Positions 1-11,700 are shown, counted from the stretch's first letter. The stretch is DNA of 64,000 nt from an uncultured Fibrobacterota bacterium (GCA_963729895.1 CAVSQB010000005.1:32001-96000), one strand, 5' to 3'. Notes: generated by a model from the letters alone, not told the origin. Numbers and translations: made by a program.

Positions 1-384
1 GCCATAACGGGCCTTACCTCCGAAGCTGCGCTCACAATGATGGACTACTTTTGGCCGGGCAATATCCGCGAATTGGAAAATGCAATCGAGCACGCTTTTG
101 TCACCTGCCGTGAAAAAGAAATCGGGATCTTCGACTTGCCTCTGGAAATCCGTCGCGTTGAGTTGCGGTCGACCACCTGTCTTCCCTCTGACAAAAGCTT
201 GGCGCAGAGTGGACAGTCAAATAGAAGAAAGAGAGAAATCACAAGAGTATCACTTGCCGCTGCGCTTACGAAAAACGATGGCAGCCGGGCAGATGCGGCG
301 AGGGATCTGGGCATCGACCGAACGACGCTATGGCGCTACATGAAACGATGGGGAATCAGCGACCGACAGAAAGAGCGTCCTTGA
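1..384 (+). CDS. sigma-54-dependent transcriptional regulator (NtrC/Fis family), C-terminal part; 5'-truncated by window edge
   Basis: Open from base 1. Contains the WPGNIRELEN AAA+ C-terminal motif and a Fis-type HTH (AARDLGIDRTTLWRYMKR). Confidence 0.9.
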   Translation, partial: AITGLTSEAALTMMDYFWPGNIRELENAIEHAFVTCREKEIGIFDLPLEIRRVELRSTTCLPSDKSLAQSGQSNRRKREITRVSLAAALTKNDGSRADAARDLGIDRTTLWRYMKRWGISDRQKERP

Positions 385-423
385 GGACTGATTTGCAGAA
401 GGCGCGTACTTATCGCGGTCTAG

Positions 424-1735
424 CAGGTTGTTGAAATAGTCCTAACAGAAGCGCTCTTGTTGATTTTTTATGAACCTAACTTCAACTTTACATATGTCAG
501 AGAGGTTTTACCTGCCTCGTTCCGAGGCATTTCCCCGGATTCCCAGGCCATTCTCATGCTGCCCCCACCGTTTGCGGCATCAACTTAACCATGCGTATCA
601 AGTTGTACGCTGCGGCAACCACGTAGGCAACAGTCTGGTTGATTCGTATTCCTCTTACCCGAGTTTTCCGCAGGCCACCGACGCTCTTGATCCACCCAAA
701 TATCTCTTCAACCCGTTTTCGTTTCCGTTGACTTACGCTGTATCCCTTATGCCGAGTCGTTCTTCCATCCAACCCTTTAAGCGAAGTGTTGGCCTTCTCG
801 GCAATGTGAGGCTTCACGTGCAGGCGTCGCAGGCTCTTGATAAATTCGGTTGCATGATACCCTTTGTCTGCACCCACCGTCTTCATCCGGCGTTTTCCGC
901 GCCTGCGTTCATGCTTTATCAGCTCAAGCGCCATATCCCGTTCCGCTGTCCCCGTCGCTGGCGCAATGGCGATATCAACACACAACCCATTTCGGTTTTC
1001 CATCAGCACGTGACCGGAATACGCCAGCTGCGCTCCCGTTCTCTTGTTCTTCCGAGCCAACCGCGCCTCTGGATCGGTCGAACTCTGATGTGTCTCATTG
1101 CTTCGCTTCTCATGGTGGAAATCAACCGACGGATTACTCCGATCATCGTCAGTCTTGTTCGCCGATTCCGCGTCTTTTCGCTTGAAGCTCTTCATCGATG
1201 CCCAGGCTTCAATCAACGTGCCGTCAACCGTGAAATGCTCATCGGACAACAACTCTTCGGAACGAGCAAGACGCACGATTTCCTGCATCAGCCGGTGCGC
1301 AATCTCCTGTTCCATAAGTCGATCTCGGTTCTTCGAAAACACACTATGATCAAACGATGCCGCATCCAGATCCATGTCAAGAAACCATCGGAACAGAATG
1401 TTATAGTCCAGCATCTCGCAAAACAACCGGTCCGACCGTATCGAAAACAAAGCCATCAATATCTGTGCTTTCAAAAGCCATTCCGGCGGTATCGAAGGGC
1501 GTCCCATCCGGCTGTACATCGCCTCAAAGTCACGAGAAAGGCGGCGCAGCGCTATGTCCGTAAACTGTTTGACACGACGAAGCGGGTGTGTTGCCGGCAC
1601 TCGGGAATCCGGAGAAACGAAGCTGAACATACCGCCTTGGGCTGGCTGGGAACCTCTCATCAATACTCCTTGGTTGGGGTTCCCCTATAATATAAGGATA
1701 AATGTTTACAAAAGGGAGACTTTTTCAACACCCTG
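424..1735 (-). mobile_element. IS5-family insertion sequence, complete
   Basis: TIRs CAGGTTGTTGAAATAGTC (from 424) and CAGGGTGTTGAAAAAGTC (reverse complement of the right end, ending 1735). CTAG target duplication at 420-423 and 1736-1739. Confidence 0.92.
554..1663 (-). CDS. IS5-family DDE transposase
   Basis: Motifs MRG..Q..MFSFVS..RVP..HPLR, GRPSIPPE, VDGTLIEAWAS, ADKGY and RKRVEEIFGW. Confidence 0.93.
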   Translation of the reverse strand: MMRGSQPAQGGMFSFVSPDSRVPATHPLRRVKQFTDIALRRLSRDFEAMYSRMGRPSIPPEWLLKAQILMALFSIRSDRLFCEMLDYNILFRWFLDMDLDAASFDHSVFSKNRDRLMEQEIAHRLMQEIVRLARSEELLSDEHFTVDGTLIEAWASMKSFKRKDAESANKTDDDRSNPSVDFHHEKRSNETHQSSTDPEARLARKNKRTGAQLAYSGHVLMENRNGLCVDIAIAPATGTAERDMALELIKHERRRGKRRMKTVGADKGYHATEFIKSLRRLHVKPHIAEKANTSLKGLDGRTTRHKGYSVSQRKRKRVEEIFGWIKSVGGLRKTRVRGIRINQTVAYVVAAAYNLIRMVKLMPQTVGAA

Positions 1736-1899
1736 CTAGAGAAAAAGAGTAAGATATTTTCTCAAAGGTCAAGCTCGTTAGAGAGGACTAATTCTCCGTT
1801 CCATGTGCCATGTTTCCGATTTGCTAAATAACCCGCAAAGCCTTATATCCTTAAACGCGGAAATCTGCGAGGGGGCAAACGCAGAAGAGGCGCAATTTT

Positions 1900-2190
1900 A
1901 TGGGTAGAAACAAAATTTTCTCTGGTACCATGCCGCGGCGCTGCTTTGTCCAGGTTGCCGCGTCCGCCCTTGTGCTGCCTTTTCTGCAACGCTGTTCATC
2001 GGCGGATACTTCCCAACGGCGCTCTGAGCGTAGGTTCCGTTTCATTTTCAGCAACGACCCCCATCCAGGCCATATTATCCGCTTATCGGCAATCATGACA
2101 TCACCCCGGCATGTCGACAATACTTTGCTTAAGCAGATCAAGAGACCTGATTGGCATGGATGGGAAGAAGGAAAGCCTCAAGGTAATTGA
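1900..2190 (+). pseudogene. N-terminal remnant of a metallophosphoesterase, paralog of 27853..28710
   Basis: RRSERRFRFIFSND-H matches SRSERRFRFIFCNDIH of the intact gene. The ORF ends before the later catalytic motifs. Confidence 0.6.
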
Positions 2191-2360
2191 CATGTCGGTG
2201 CAGGGCAATGGCTCCCGGCGGAAAGGGTCTTGTCGAACACGCGCATGATTTTTCCTCCTGGGCAGTCAAACATGGCGATCTTCGTTTTGCCCGCATTGGG
2301 AACGGAAAACCTTACGGTTCCGCGGTCTATTGACAGATTAGATTGAACTCCCGCGGAAGT
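2178..2360 (-). pseudogene. orphan C-terminal sorting-domain fragment of a secreted protein
   Basis: VRFSVPNAGKTKIAMFDCPGGKIMRVFDKTLSAGSH resembles the FSLP..G.V...YDL.GR.V..L....L..G.Y domains of neighbouring genes. Confidence 0.4.
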
Positions 2361-2561
2361 TCCTGACGCAGGCTGCCGGACTCCCGCGGGGGAATGCCGC
2401 GGCGTCAATCGCCGGGTATCGAAATAAACTTGACACTCTAGCCCGAGCAGCGTAGTTTTATTATGAAAGCCTTTTGAGCTTCCGTCAATTTCAACTGAAA
2501 ATGGGACGTTCTTTGGGGAATGCGCGAATTCACCTTTACCATCGCGGGAGTGTGTACACCC

Positions 2562-4007
2562 ATGCGTAATTATTTTTGTTGCACTCTTATCGGCCTCTAC
2601 GTAATTCTTATCATGGCTCCACAAATCATTCATGCCCAGTCGTGCCCTCCGTTTACTCACAAAACGACAATCACCGGTGTTCGCGATTCGTTGCCCGACG
2701 GGTGGTTTGTTTTCGGATTGAGCGGTCAAACCGGCCTTAATTATTGCAAAACCAGATCAGGAACGCCGGCAATTATTAATAATACGAATACCGATTCGAT
2801 ATCCGATGTCGATATATCCGATGATGGACTGTGGATCCTGTATTTGAATAAGCAGTCTACCGCATATCTGATAAAACCAGACGGCACCGGCAAGACGTCC
2901 CTGTCGTTGGGGAGTGGAATTACCTATGCGCAATTCCATCACCATTATTCCCCTGCTGAAATTGTGTATATTGCCGATCAGGGTCGTGTTTGCAGGGTCG
3001 GGTACCATTTTGGTGTTCTCGGAAATGCAATTTTCGATAGCACGAAGGTTATTGTTGATTTTCGAACCGATACGACAAAAGCCAGCACGGATTTAAGCGC
3101 GGTGATGGTGAATTACAGCCAGTTCTCGATTTGCAAGAACGAATTTGTGTGCACTTTGGAGCTACCAATTCCCCCCGACACTATGAATCCTCCTCTCGGG
3201 GATCCTCCTCTCGGCACCGATGATCGAACCAGCTATGTCACCATCCCGAACCAGGGCGCGGGGATCGCACGGGGCAAAAATATTTACAAATACCTCACTA
3301 CTGATTCTTCCGCGTGGTATGGATGCGGGATTACTGTTTCGAATGATGGTGCGCGGGTCTTGGCCAATTCAAATGCCTTTGGCGGAACTTCCGGTTGTGT
3401 CCCTAATCAGCTGCTTAATCCCCCCATGGATCATAAGGGATTTTACGTAACCTGTTTCATGTACGACACGATGCCCTCGATGCCGCGCGATTCGGTTGTT
3501 CTGAGCACGAACTATGGCATCAGTATCAACTGGTGCCCGACGCAATATAGAATCGGAACATATCGGCAACTGGGTTTCAGCGCGTGGTCATTCTCGAATA
3601 ATAACGACTGGGTCGTTGGTGAGCAGGAAGGGACTAATACGCCCGTGAAGGGTGTGTGGGTTGTCAATATTCCGACTAATACATGGACCCTGGCATATAC
3701 GGCATCGAGCACGGTCCTGGCTCCGGCAATGTTTTTGCCTGAGACGACGACAAGCGTCGAGCAAGGGATGCGGACTTTGCATTCTTCGGACGTTCCATTA
3801 CGATCGAATGTCCTAAAAGTCCCGGGCGTATCTTCGCGTATCACATTGGAACCATCAGTGTACCGCTGCGACCTTTATTCGCTCTCAGGCAAACATTTGT
3901 GGACCTATTCGCGTGCTGACGCAAGCAAACGTTCAAATGTGGAGATTCCGCGCTTTTTACGCACAAATAATGCGGTCATTGTTGACTATATCACAAAGGC
4001 CCGATGA
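2562..4007 (+). CDS. secreted protein, beta-propeller-like, with C-terminal sorting-like domain
   Basis: Signal peptide ending HAQ, DISDDG.W TolB-like motif, C-terminal DLYSLSGK motif. Start set at ATG 2562. Confidence 0.7.
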   Translation: MRNYFCCTLIGLYVILIMAPQIIHAQSCPPFTHKTTITGVRDSLPDGWFVFGLSGQTGLNYCKTRSGTPAIINNTNTDSISDVDISDDGLWILYLNKQSTAYLIKPDGTGKTSLSLGSGITYAQFHHHYSPAEIVYIADQGRVCRVGYHFGVLGNAIFDSTKVIVDFRTDTTKASTDLSAVMVNYSQFSICKNEFVCTLELPIPPDTMNPPLGDPPLGTDDRTSYVTIPNQGAGIARGKNIYKYLTTDSSAWYGCGITVSNDGARVLANSNAFGGTSGCVPNQLLNPPMDHKGFYVTCFMYDTMPSMPRDSVVLSTNYGISINWCPTQYRIGTYRQLGFSAWSFSNNNDWVVGEQEGTNTPVKGVWVVNIPTNTWTLAYTASSTVLAPAMFLPETTTSVEQGMRTLHSSDVPLRSNVLKVPGVSSRITLEPSVYRCDLYSLSGKHLWTYSRADASKRSNVEIPRFLRTNNAVIVDYITKAR

Positions 4008-4089
4008 ATGCCGGCACGGTGATTGCGCGCGCTGGGGCATTCATCAAATAGTGCGAACTGAAAACATTTAACAGGCATAGGTTGGATCA

Positions 4090-4785
4090 TTGAAAAAGAC
4101 AACAATCTTCCGGGTTATGGTGGCGGGGCTTTTGGCGCAATTTTTCTGCTCTCCTACCTCAACACACAATTCTCCCGGACAGAATCCTCCCGGCAGGGTC
4201 GCGTCCATCAGCGTAAGCGATTCTATAACCTCGCCGTTTCCATCTCTCATTTTTTCCAAATCACTTGGTGCACAGATTTATATCATTGAACGGCGACTTT
4301 CTTCGGATAATGCTTTTGATTCCATAGGCGAGACGGCGGATTCCAGTTATATCGATTTTGATACAAGTTTACTTCCTGAGACCACTTATTATTATAAAAT
4401 CAAAGCGCATAATCTGGATGGTGACAGTGTCTCCGACTCGGTATCGGTGCATACCCCGATGTATATGATCCTTTCGCCCAGGCAGGGGGAGGTGTTTAAG
4501 ATCAACGATACCATGCGTGTGTTGATAAAAACCGCAGATCCTACCGCTGTAGGGGGGATAGAATTTGGCGAAGGATTGAATGAATTCTCTCCGCCGGGTG
4601 TTGCAGGAACTTTCCACATGTATCCGTCACAGGTCTTGAAGTTTGCCGTTCCGGCAACTTTCTTTCCCTTCGGTTCCACTGTACCAATGTCGACGGTATC
4701 CGATTCCTGTTATCTGCTCATATTTGATTATGCCACTTTAGATACGTACGCGTATTCTTATGGATATTTTCAAGTCACCAATTAA
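4090..4785 (+). CDS. putative lipoprotein with fibronectin-III-like domain
   Basis: Signal peptide ending FFC; YIIERR...YIDFDTSLLPETTYYYKIKA is an FN3-like signature. Confidence 0.7.
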   Translation: MKKTTIFRVMVAGLLAQFFCSPTSTHNSPGQNPPGRVASISVSDSITSPFPSLIFSKSLGAQIYIIERRLSSDNAFDSIGETADSSYIDFDTSLLPETTYYYKIKAHNLDGDSVSDSVSVHTPMYMILSPRQGEVFKINDTMRVLIKTADPTAVGGIEFGEGLNEFSPPGVAGTFHMYPSQVLKFAVPATFFPFGSTVPMSTVSDSCYLLIFDYATLDTYAYSYGYFQVTN

Positions 4786-4834
4786 CGTAGTTACCGGGTT
4801 GCTCATGAACAGGTGATCGAGGAAACGATACCGT

Positions 4835-6379
4835 ATGCCTCACTATTTTAACCGTCTGCAACAAAGAATCGTAACTAGTGCTCTCCTTGCGGCTGCGGTT
4901 TCCGTACCTCAAAGCTGGGCGCTTAATGCCCAGATCGCTTCGCCGGTTCAGAATATCACCGCATTTCTCGGCACCGTAAATGCCAAACTGGTATTCAGGA
5001 ATTTCGATCCTAACGATAGTTACCTGTATTTTGTCGATTTTTCCGTTGCTGCTCCCGCCATAACCAAAATGAACAACACCTTTGAAGCCGTCGCGCCGGT
5101 GATTTCACCCGATGGGCAGTATGTGGTTTTCGAACGGGGCGGCGTTAATGACATGACCACCCAAAATCCATGCACGTCTTTTGTTTGTAAATTAAGCGCC
5201 GATGCTCAGCCGGTAATGGTGGCTGCGGGAAATTCGTACACGCCGCGGTTTATCTATGCCGCATCGGCTCCGACAATCATCTATGCAACCTGCGCTTCGA
5301 ATCCCAACGATTCCGTAAACGGCGTCACCGCTGTCTGGAACGGGTGCGGAAAGGTTGTCAAGCGCACGTGTCAGAACCTGGTTGTCGGGCCCGAACAGGA
5401 TGTGTTTACGGGCGGGAGTTATATGGGCGGGCTTTCCTTTGATGGCAATTTCCTTGCCACGGCAAATGAAGGACCGAATTGTTTCATGCTTGATCTTCGC
5501 AATCCGGCGCCAGGTCCTGTGCGGCTTTACCGATTGGATTGTATATCGACCACCGGGGGAGCGGATACGACAATAGATCTTCAGACCTGCAATCCGTCCG
5601 TTTCGTCAAGCAGGAGATTTACCTCGTGCATGATGGTTCTCGATTTCGGGTTCAACAAACCCGGGTATACAACCACGCTGGGTTCATACTGGCAAATGCA
5701 CGAGCGCGTTCTCATGTGCGATATCCAGAATCGGGTCGTGAAAGAGTTTGATGTGAACGATCTGCCGTTCGCGGTCAAAGGTTCGTCGGCGAATCCCGGC
5801 GAAATTCTTACGACGCAATATGATAATCCGGAGTGGTCGAATCATCCCTATTATGCCGCCGCCGCCATTTATGTCGATCGCATTTTCAAACCTGCAACCA
5901 CGTGGGTGCATACGCAGAATCATGAGGCGATATACCTTATCGATTTGAAGGATTCCACCTATCTTCACATAGTCCAATCCGGCGATACGACCGCATCGAC
6001 GTCAAAAACGGATATGCGATGGCCATGGCTATGGATCAATGTTCCTCCGGGTTTTGAAACGACCGAAGATTCGAACTGGCTCAATCCGAATGCCGCTGTT
6101 GTCATGCCTCCACAATACGGCGCTGTTGGCGGCAATGAAATATATCTGCGAGATGGAATCGTAACATCCGCTTCCCCGATAACATCATTGACTATTCATA
6201 ATCTGGCCGGGCGGATCATCACTCGCTTTGAGGTGAACAATAAGCATTCAGTTTTGTTGTCCTCGTCGTGGTTCCCGAAATCCGGCATATATTTTGTCCA
6301 TGTCCTTGCTGCGGATCATGCCGCGCGGACTTTCAAGGTTACCCGGATCGTTGCGGCGGGGGCGGGGATCTCAAGATAA
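4835..6379 (+). CDS. secreted protein resembling the Fibrobacter TIGR02171 family region, with C-terminal sorting domain
   Basis: Signal peptide; PVISPDG, CNPS...LDFG, HER, PEWSNHP and WPWLW motifs; CTD IHNLAGR...SGIYFV. Confidence 0.6.
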   Translation: MPHYFNRLQQRIVTSALLAAAVSVPQSWALNAQIASPVQNITAFLGTVNAKLVFRNFDPNDSYLYFVDFSVAAPAITKMNNTFEAVAPVISPDGQYVVFERGGVNDMTTQNPCTSFVCKLSADAQPVMVAAGNSYTPRFIYAASAPTIIYATCASNPNDSVNGVTAVWNGCGKVVKRTCQNLVVGPEQDVFTGGSYMGGLSFDGNFLATANEGPNCFMLDLRNPAPGPVRLYRLDCISTTGGADTTIDLQTCNPSVSSSRRFTSCMMVLDFGFNKPGYTTTLGSYWQMHERVLMCDIQNRVVKEFDVNDLPFAVKGSSANPGEILTTQYDNPEWSNHPYYAAAAIYVDRIFKPATTWVHTQNHEAIYLIDLKDSTYLHIVQSGDTTASTSKTDMRWPWLWINVPPGFETTEDSNWLNPNAAVVMPPQYGAVGGNEIYLRDGIVTSASPITSLTIHNLAGRIITRFEVNNKHSVLLSSSWFPKSGIYFVHVLAADHAARTFKVTRIVAAGAGISR

Positions 6380-6648
6380 TGGTCACGTTTGGACACTGCT
6401 TTTACTGTTTTCGACATTCGGGAACAAAGCGGGCAATGCCCTTGGTTTCGTTCGCAGACGTTCTGCGTCGTTTCATCTCCACACAAGGCGATCGCCGCAT
6501 GGCGGTGTGACAAGAAAACCGGGGTGGAGGAAACGCTGCGCCCCGCGCAGATCTTCCCGGTTCATACCATAATCATTTCAGCAAGGTGACATAACGGACG
6601 GCATTTTTTTATTAGACGGGCTTTTTTTTGCGCAGTGCATTCCTGTTT

Positions 6649-6699
6649 AGAACAATGAAACCCCGATTCTCTTCACGAGAACCGGGGTTTCATTGTTCT
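6649..6699. terminator. long hairpin between convergent genes, likely bidirectional terminator
   Basis: AGAACAATGAAACCCCG...CGGGGTTTCATTGTTCT inverted repeat. Confidence 0.7.
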
Positions 6700-6744
6700 T
6701 CCCAGAAGTACCGTTTCTGAGTCCCTATTTCATCTTGTCAAACT

Positions 6745-8256
6745 CTAGTATCCTACCGCTATCTCCAACCATTGGGCTTTGCCGCTCGCGATATACGACG
6801 AGCAATTGTTATCATCGTCGTAGGGGAAGGCGTATTGCAAGTGGTAAAAAGCACGTCGATGAATGAAATACGCATAGTAACTGGCGGGAGCTTTCTGGTA
6901 CATATATTGCCATAGAGGCTGCTCGGCAGCGGGCAGATCCAGAACATGCCGGAATAGACCTGAGGATATCGGCGGAGAATTGATGTTGACGCATGCTCCC
7001 ACCCCGGTCACGTTGCACTGGGCCTCATATGCATCCCAGTAGTGGGCCTGCGACCCGCCTGTCGAGAAAGTCGGTATCTCACAAGGATCGGTGATCTTCC
7101 ATGGTTGCGAATAGAGCGCGCAGGAATCCCACATCCAGGGAACTTCGTTCACGAATTCGTCAAAGATCGACTGGCGGGGTTCAAAGAAGACCGGATAGAT
7201 CTCGCCGCGGATGAGGTCCGGGGAGCCGTCTGTGGTGTGCAGGCGCATGGCCAGAGGCGTTCCGAACCAATCCACACGCGTCAGATTGCCATCGTAGGTG
7301 GTGGGCCCGTAGTTGTGCTCTTCGAAGTCCCAGACCTTGTTCATGGGCCTAAATGGCGCCGAGGCTTTGGCATTATAGCCTACCATGATATATAATCTTC
7401 CCGCATTTGCTCCGGGAACAGGCATCGATTGATCGCTCAACCGAACCGGCGTCCCGCCATCTCCATCCGCCCAATAAATCATGCTGTCCGGATACAGGCC
7501 ATTAGTTCTATTGATGAGCTTAAAGATGAAGTGTCCTGCTGTTTTCGCAGCCGCAGACAGCGCTGCCGTATCACCCCAGAATCCTGCCGTGTCCCCGTTC
7601 CAGGTGTTGTTCTTCGCAAGGGTGAAATTGTATGTTCCGGTGAGGGAACTTATCTGCATGATTCCAAGGGAATAACCGGGTTCCGTTGCATGAAGGGTGT
7701 CCACGACGGCAGCGAGCTTTGCCAATTTTGCTTCCGGACCGGAGACGCTTTTCAGGCTGACCATTCCCGCGTTACTGAACATGGAGGGTAGCTTCATCAC
7801 ATGGTCGGTTCCATTGACGGTAAGACGGAGAACATAGAGCTGGCTGGCTATATTTCTTGTGTCCACAGCCACAGAGTAGCTCCCGGTTGTCAGCTGTTTG
7901 TTTAGCAAATCCTTGACTAATCGTCCGGTCAAATCATAGAGACCCATGCGGACGGCGCCGCTTTGAGGAAGGGAAAACAGCACCCTTCCTGCCACGAATT
8001 GGAGCTGGCCGGACGCATTCTGGGGCTCGAACTCGTTCCGCACAACGTTGACTTTGCCAACGCCAAGGGCATAATACCCGTTTGAATCGGTGCTGGTATA
8101 AAGCATGCCCACGCCCATCCTGACAAGCGTGTTGGTGAGCGGCCGGCCCGTCGCTGAATCCGTCACCCTTCCGGAGATAACCACACTGCTGGCACTGTCC
8201 TGTGAAAAGGCCATGCCTGCAATCACCAGCAACCACAGAAAACCGAACTTATTCAT
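6745..8256 (-). CDS. secreted GH64-like beta-1,3-glucanase
   Basis: Signal peptide; WDFEE, NLTRVDWFG.PLAMRL and YAFPYDD motifs typical of GH64. Confidence 0.8.
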   Translation of the reverse strand: MNKFGFLWLLVIAGMAFSQDSASSVVISGRVTDSATGRPLTNTLVRMGVGMLYTSTDSNGYYALGVGKVNVVRNEFEPQNASGQLQFVAGRVLFSLPQSGAVRMGLYDLTGRLVKDLLNKQLTTGSYSVAVDTRNIASQLYVLRLTVNGTDHVMKLPSMFSNAGMVSLKSVSGPEAKLAKLAAVVDTLHATEPGYSLGIMQISSLTGTYNFTLAKNNTWNGDTAGFWGDTAALSAAAKTAGHFIFKLINRTNGLYPDSMIYWADGDGGTPVRLSDQSMPVPGANAGRLYIMVGYNAKASAPFRPMNKVWDFEEHNYGPTTYDGNLTRVDWFGTPLAMRLHTTDGSPDLIRGEIYPVFFEPRQSIFDEFVNEVPWMWDSCALYSQPWKITDPCEIPTFSTGGSQAHYWDAYEAQCNVTGVGACVNINSPPISSGLFRHVLDLPAAEQPLWQYMYQKAPASYYAYFIHRRAFYHLQYAFPYDDDNNCSSYIASGKAQWLEIAVGY

Positions 8257-8642
8257 TCCATCCCCCTTTTTTTATGAAAACACGCTATCTGTCTTAAACG
8301 TTAAAATTCAGCCGCGGAGCCCGGCAGGATCTATCCTGGAATTTACTACAATTTTTTCGAGAAGCACGGAAAAAAATGATCCGATATAGACTGCCGTGAG
8401 ACGGCCCGCTTTTGTCGCACGTTTTGGATTTTCCCTTCGTAGGGAGCTTCCGCCTCTGCGGGCGCCTGCCTGGGTTCAGGGAAAAATATAGGTATTTGCC
8501 TCCACAGTTGTCAAATTTTAACAGACCGGTCTTGAGGCTTCTGCCCTGTGGCACAAGGGCTTGCGGCTTAGGGCTACCAAGAGGATGGCCTTCATCCGGC
8601 AGACGCTTTACAGTCCAAAGAATTCCCTGGCTGTGCAAGGAT

Positions 8643-8660
8643 TGGGAATGATTCTTGCTG
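8643..8660 (+). promoter_or_regulatory. possible sigma-54 (-24/-12) promoter of the large repeat protein
   Basis: GG-N10-GC spacing with TTGC (GGAATGATTCTTGCT), about 45 bp upstream of ATG 8702. Imperfect match to consensus. Confidence 0.35.
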
Positions 8661-8701
8661 TTATGTTTGGGTCATGCCTGCCCAAATAAAGGAGAGTTTA
8701 C

Positions 8702-11700
8702 ATGCATCGCAAAAAAGTTGAGCTCATTGCCTCCGCGCTCCTTGCCGTAACAATCGGCGCGCTGTTCTTCTGCCAAAGAAATAATCCCTATGATGTGGGC
8801 TCCAATTCGTTTGTTCCAGGGAAGAAGCCGCATGTCACTTTCGTAAAAAAGACAATGTCGGCTTTTCTTTTTGACACAGTTTCAATTCCAGTGGTGTGGT
8901 CCGACACAGCCATCGGCGGCGTCAAGGGGGCAATCAAGACTTTCTACATCGATTGGCATGGCGACACGCTTTTTAACGACAGTGTCGCCGGGACCAACGC
9001 CGACACACTTGTTCTTAGGCGGGCATTTCCCGCCGGTGCTGTAACGATACGGATCAAGGCGCTCGATTACGACGGCTACTACAGCGAACCGGACAGCATG
9101 AAGCTGTCCGTGCTTTTGAGCAAGCCAACGATAGTTTCCACAAGCGGTTCTCGAACGATATTGAGAACGTCGGTTTGCACCCTGTCGGTTTCGGCAACGG
9201 ACACGGGCGGCGTAATCCAAACCTTCTTTTGGGCGGCAAACGGCACGGATTTCGCCGATTCCACTTCAACCGGATCATTTCAGGTTTCGTACGCCGATAC
9301 GGGCGCAAAGCTCGTTCTTGTCAAGGCTCGCGACAATAAGGGTATCGGGTCCGGCGTCGACACGTTTCACCTGGCGGTGTACGACAAACGCGGGGCCGTG
9401 CTTTATGACGGCAATGGAAACACGGGTGGGAGCGCGCCAACCGACACCAACACGTACGTCTCGGGCCAAACTGTCGTGGTACTCGGCAACACGGGAAATC
9501 TCGTAAAGTCCGGATATGTTTTCTCCGGGTGGAATACCCGCTCAAACGGGAGCGGCGCGAATTATTCGGCCGGAGCTGCCTTTTCGATGGATACCACAAG
9601 TGCGGTCCTCTATGCGCAATGGACAGCCAACCCCACGTTTAGTGTTTCCTACAACGGAAACGGCAACACCGGAGGCACCACACCCTCGGATACCGCGAGC
9701 TATTCGATAGGTCAAAGCGTCACGGTACTCGGGAATACGGGTTCTCTTGTCAAGACGGGGAACACCTTTGTCGGTTGGAACACTCAGGCCAACGGCAACG
9801 GCATCGGTTACGCGGCGGGGGTATCATTTGTCATGGGCTCAGGCAGCGTGACGCTGTACGCGCAGTGGACCGCCGACCCGACCTACGCCGTCACCTATAA
9901 CGGCAATGCCAATACGGGTGGCGCCGTTCCGGTTGATGGAAACAACTATCTATCGGGCTCGACCGTTACCGTGCTCGGAAACCCCGGCGGACTTGTCAAG
10001 ACCGGAAATACGTTCATCGGCTGGAACACGCAGGCCAATGGCGGAGGAACAGCCTATGCTTCGAGAGTCACGTTTACGATGGGCTCCGCCAATGTGACAT
10101 TGTACGCGCAATGGACCGCCCTTCCGACGTACACCGTTACCTATAACGGCAACGGCAACACGGCCGGGACGGCTCCGGTGGACTCCAATAGTTACATGCA
10201 GGGCCAGACGGTAACAACGCGCAGCATGGGATCGCTGGCCAAAACCGGTTATTCCTTTACAGGATGGAACACGCAAACCACCGGCGCCGGAATCGGCTAT
10301 GCAGCAGGGGCGACCTTTGCAATGGGAACCGCCAATGTAACATTGTACGCTCAGTGGACGCTCATTCCCACCTATGCAGTTACCTATGACGGCAACGGCA
10401 ATACCGCCGGGGCTGCACCTGCGGACAACAATCATTATACAGTTGGACAATCTGTCACCGTGCTCGGTAACACCGGAAATCTTTCGAAAACAAGCTATAC
10501 GTTCGTTGGTTGGAACACTCAGGCCAACGGCATCGGCATCGGTTACGCGGCCGGAGTATCATTTGTCATAGGCTCCGGCAACGTGACCCTGTACGCGCAG
10601 TGGACTGCCGACCCGACCTATGCCGTCACGTACAACGGCAACACCAACACAGGCGGGACTCCTCCCGTGGACGCGAACAACTATCTATCCGGCTCGACTG
10701 TTGCCGTGCTCGGCAATACGGGCGGACTTGTCAAGACAGGAAATACGTTTATCGGATGGAACACGCAGGCCAACGGCGGGGGAACCGCCTATGCTTCGGG
10801 AGTCACGTTTGCCATGGGCTCCGCCAATGTGACCTTGTATGCACAATGGACCGCTCTTCCGACGTACACCGTCACCTATAGCGGCAACGGCAGTACGGCC
10901 GGGACGGCGCCGGCAGACGCCAACAGTTACCTGCAGGGCCAGACAGTAACAACGCGCGGCATGGGAACGCTGGTCAAACCAGGTTATTCCTTTTCGGGAT
11001 GGAACACGCAGGCAAACGGAACCGGGATCAGCTACGCGGCAGGAGTCACATTTGCGATCGGGACTGCAAATGTCACCTTGTTTGCCCAGTGGACGCTCAT
11101 TCCCACCTATGGGGTTGCCTATAATGGCAACGGCAATACCACCGGGGCAGCGCCGGCGGACAACAACCGTTATACTGCCGGTCAACCGGTTACCGTACTT
11201 GAAAACACGGGCAATCTTTCGAAAACAGGGTATACCTTCGTGGGTTGGAACACCCAGGCCAATGGCAACGGCATCGGATACGCGACGGGGGTGTCTTTTG
11301 TAATGGGCTCCGCCAATGTAACATTGTACGCGCAGTGGACCGCAAACCCCACCTACACGGTGACCTACAACGGCAATACCAACACTTCAGGCACTGTTCC
11401 CGTGGATGGGAACAACTACCTTTCGGGTGTGAATGTCACCGTGCTCGGCAATACGGGCGGACTTGTCAAGACAGGAAATACGTTTATCGGATGGAACACG
11501 CAAGCCGATGGCGGTGGAACAGCATATGCTTCGGGAGTCACGTTTGCCATGGGCTCCGGCAATGTGACATTGTACGCGCAGTGGACTGCCCTCCCGACGT
11601 ACACTGTTACCTATACCGGCAACGGCAGCACGGGCGGGATAGCGCCCGTAGACGCCAACAGCTACATGTCGGGCCAGACGGTAACAACACTCAACATCGG

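Noticed and set aside
470..1690. 406-aa ORF on + strand
   Set aside because: Antisense shadow of the IS5 transposase; no recognisable motifs.
8549..8566. TGGCACAAGGGCTTGC as a sigma-54 promoter
   Set aside because: GG-to-GC spacing is one base too long for the strict -24/-12 geometry.
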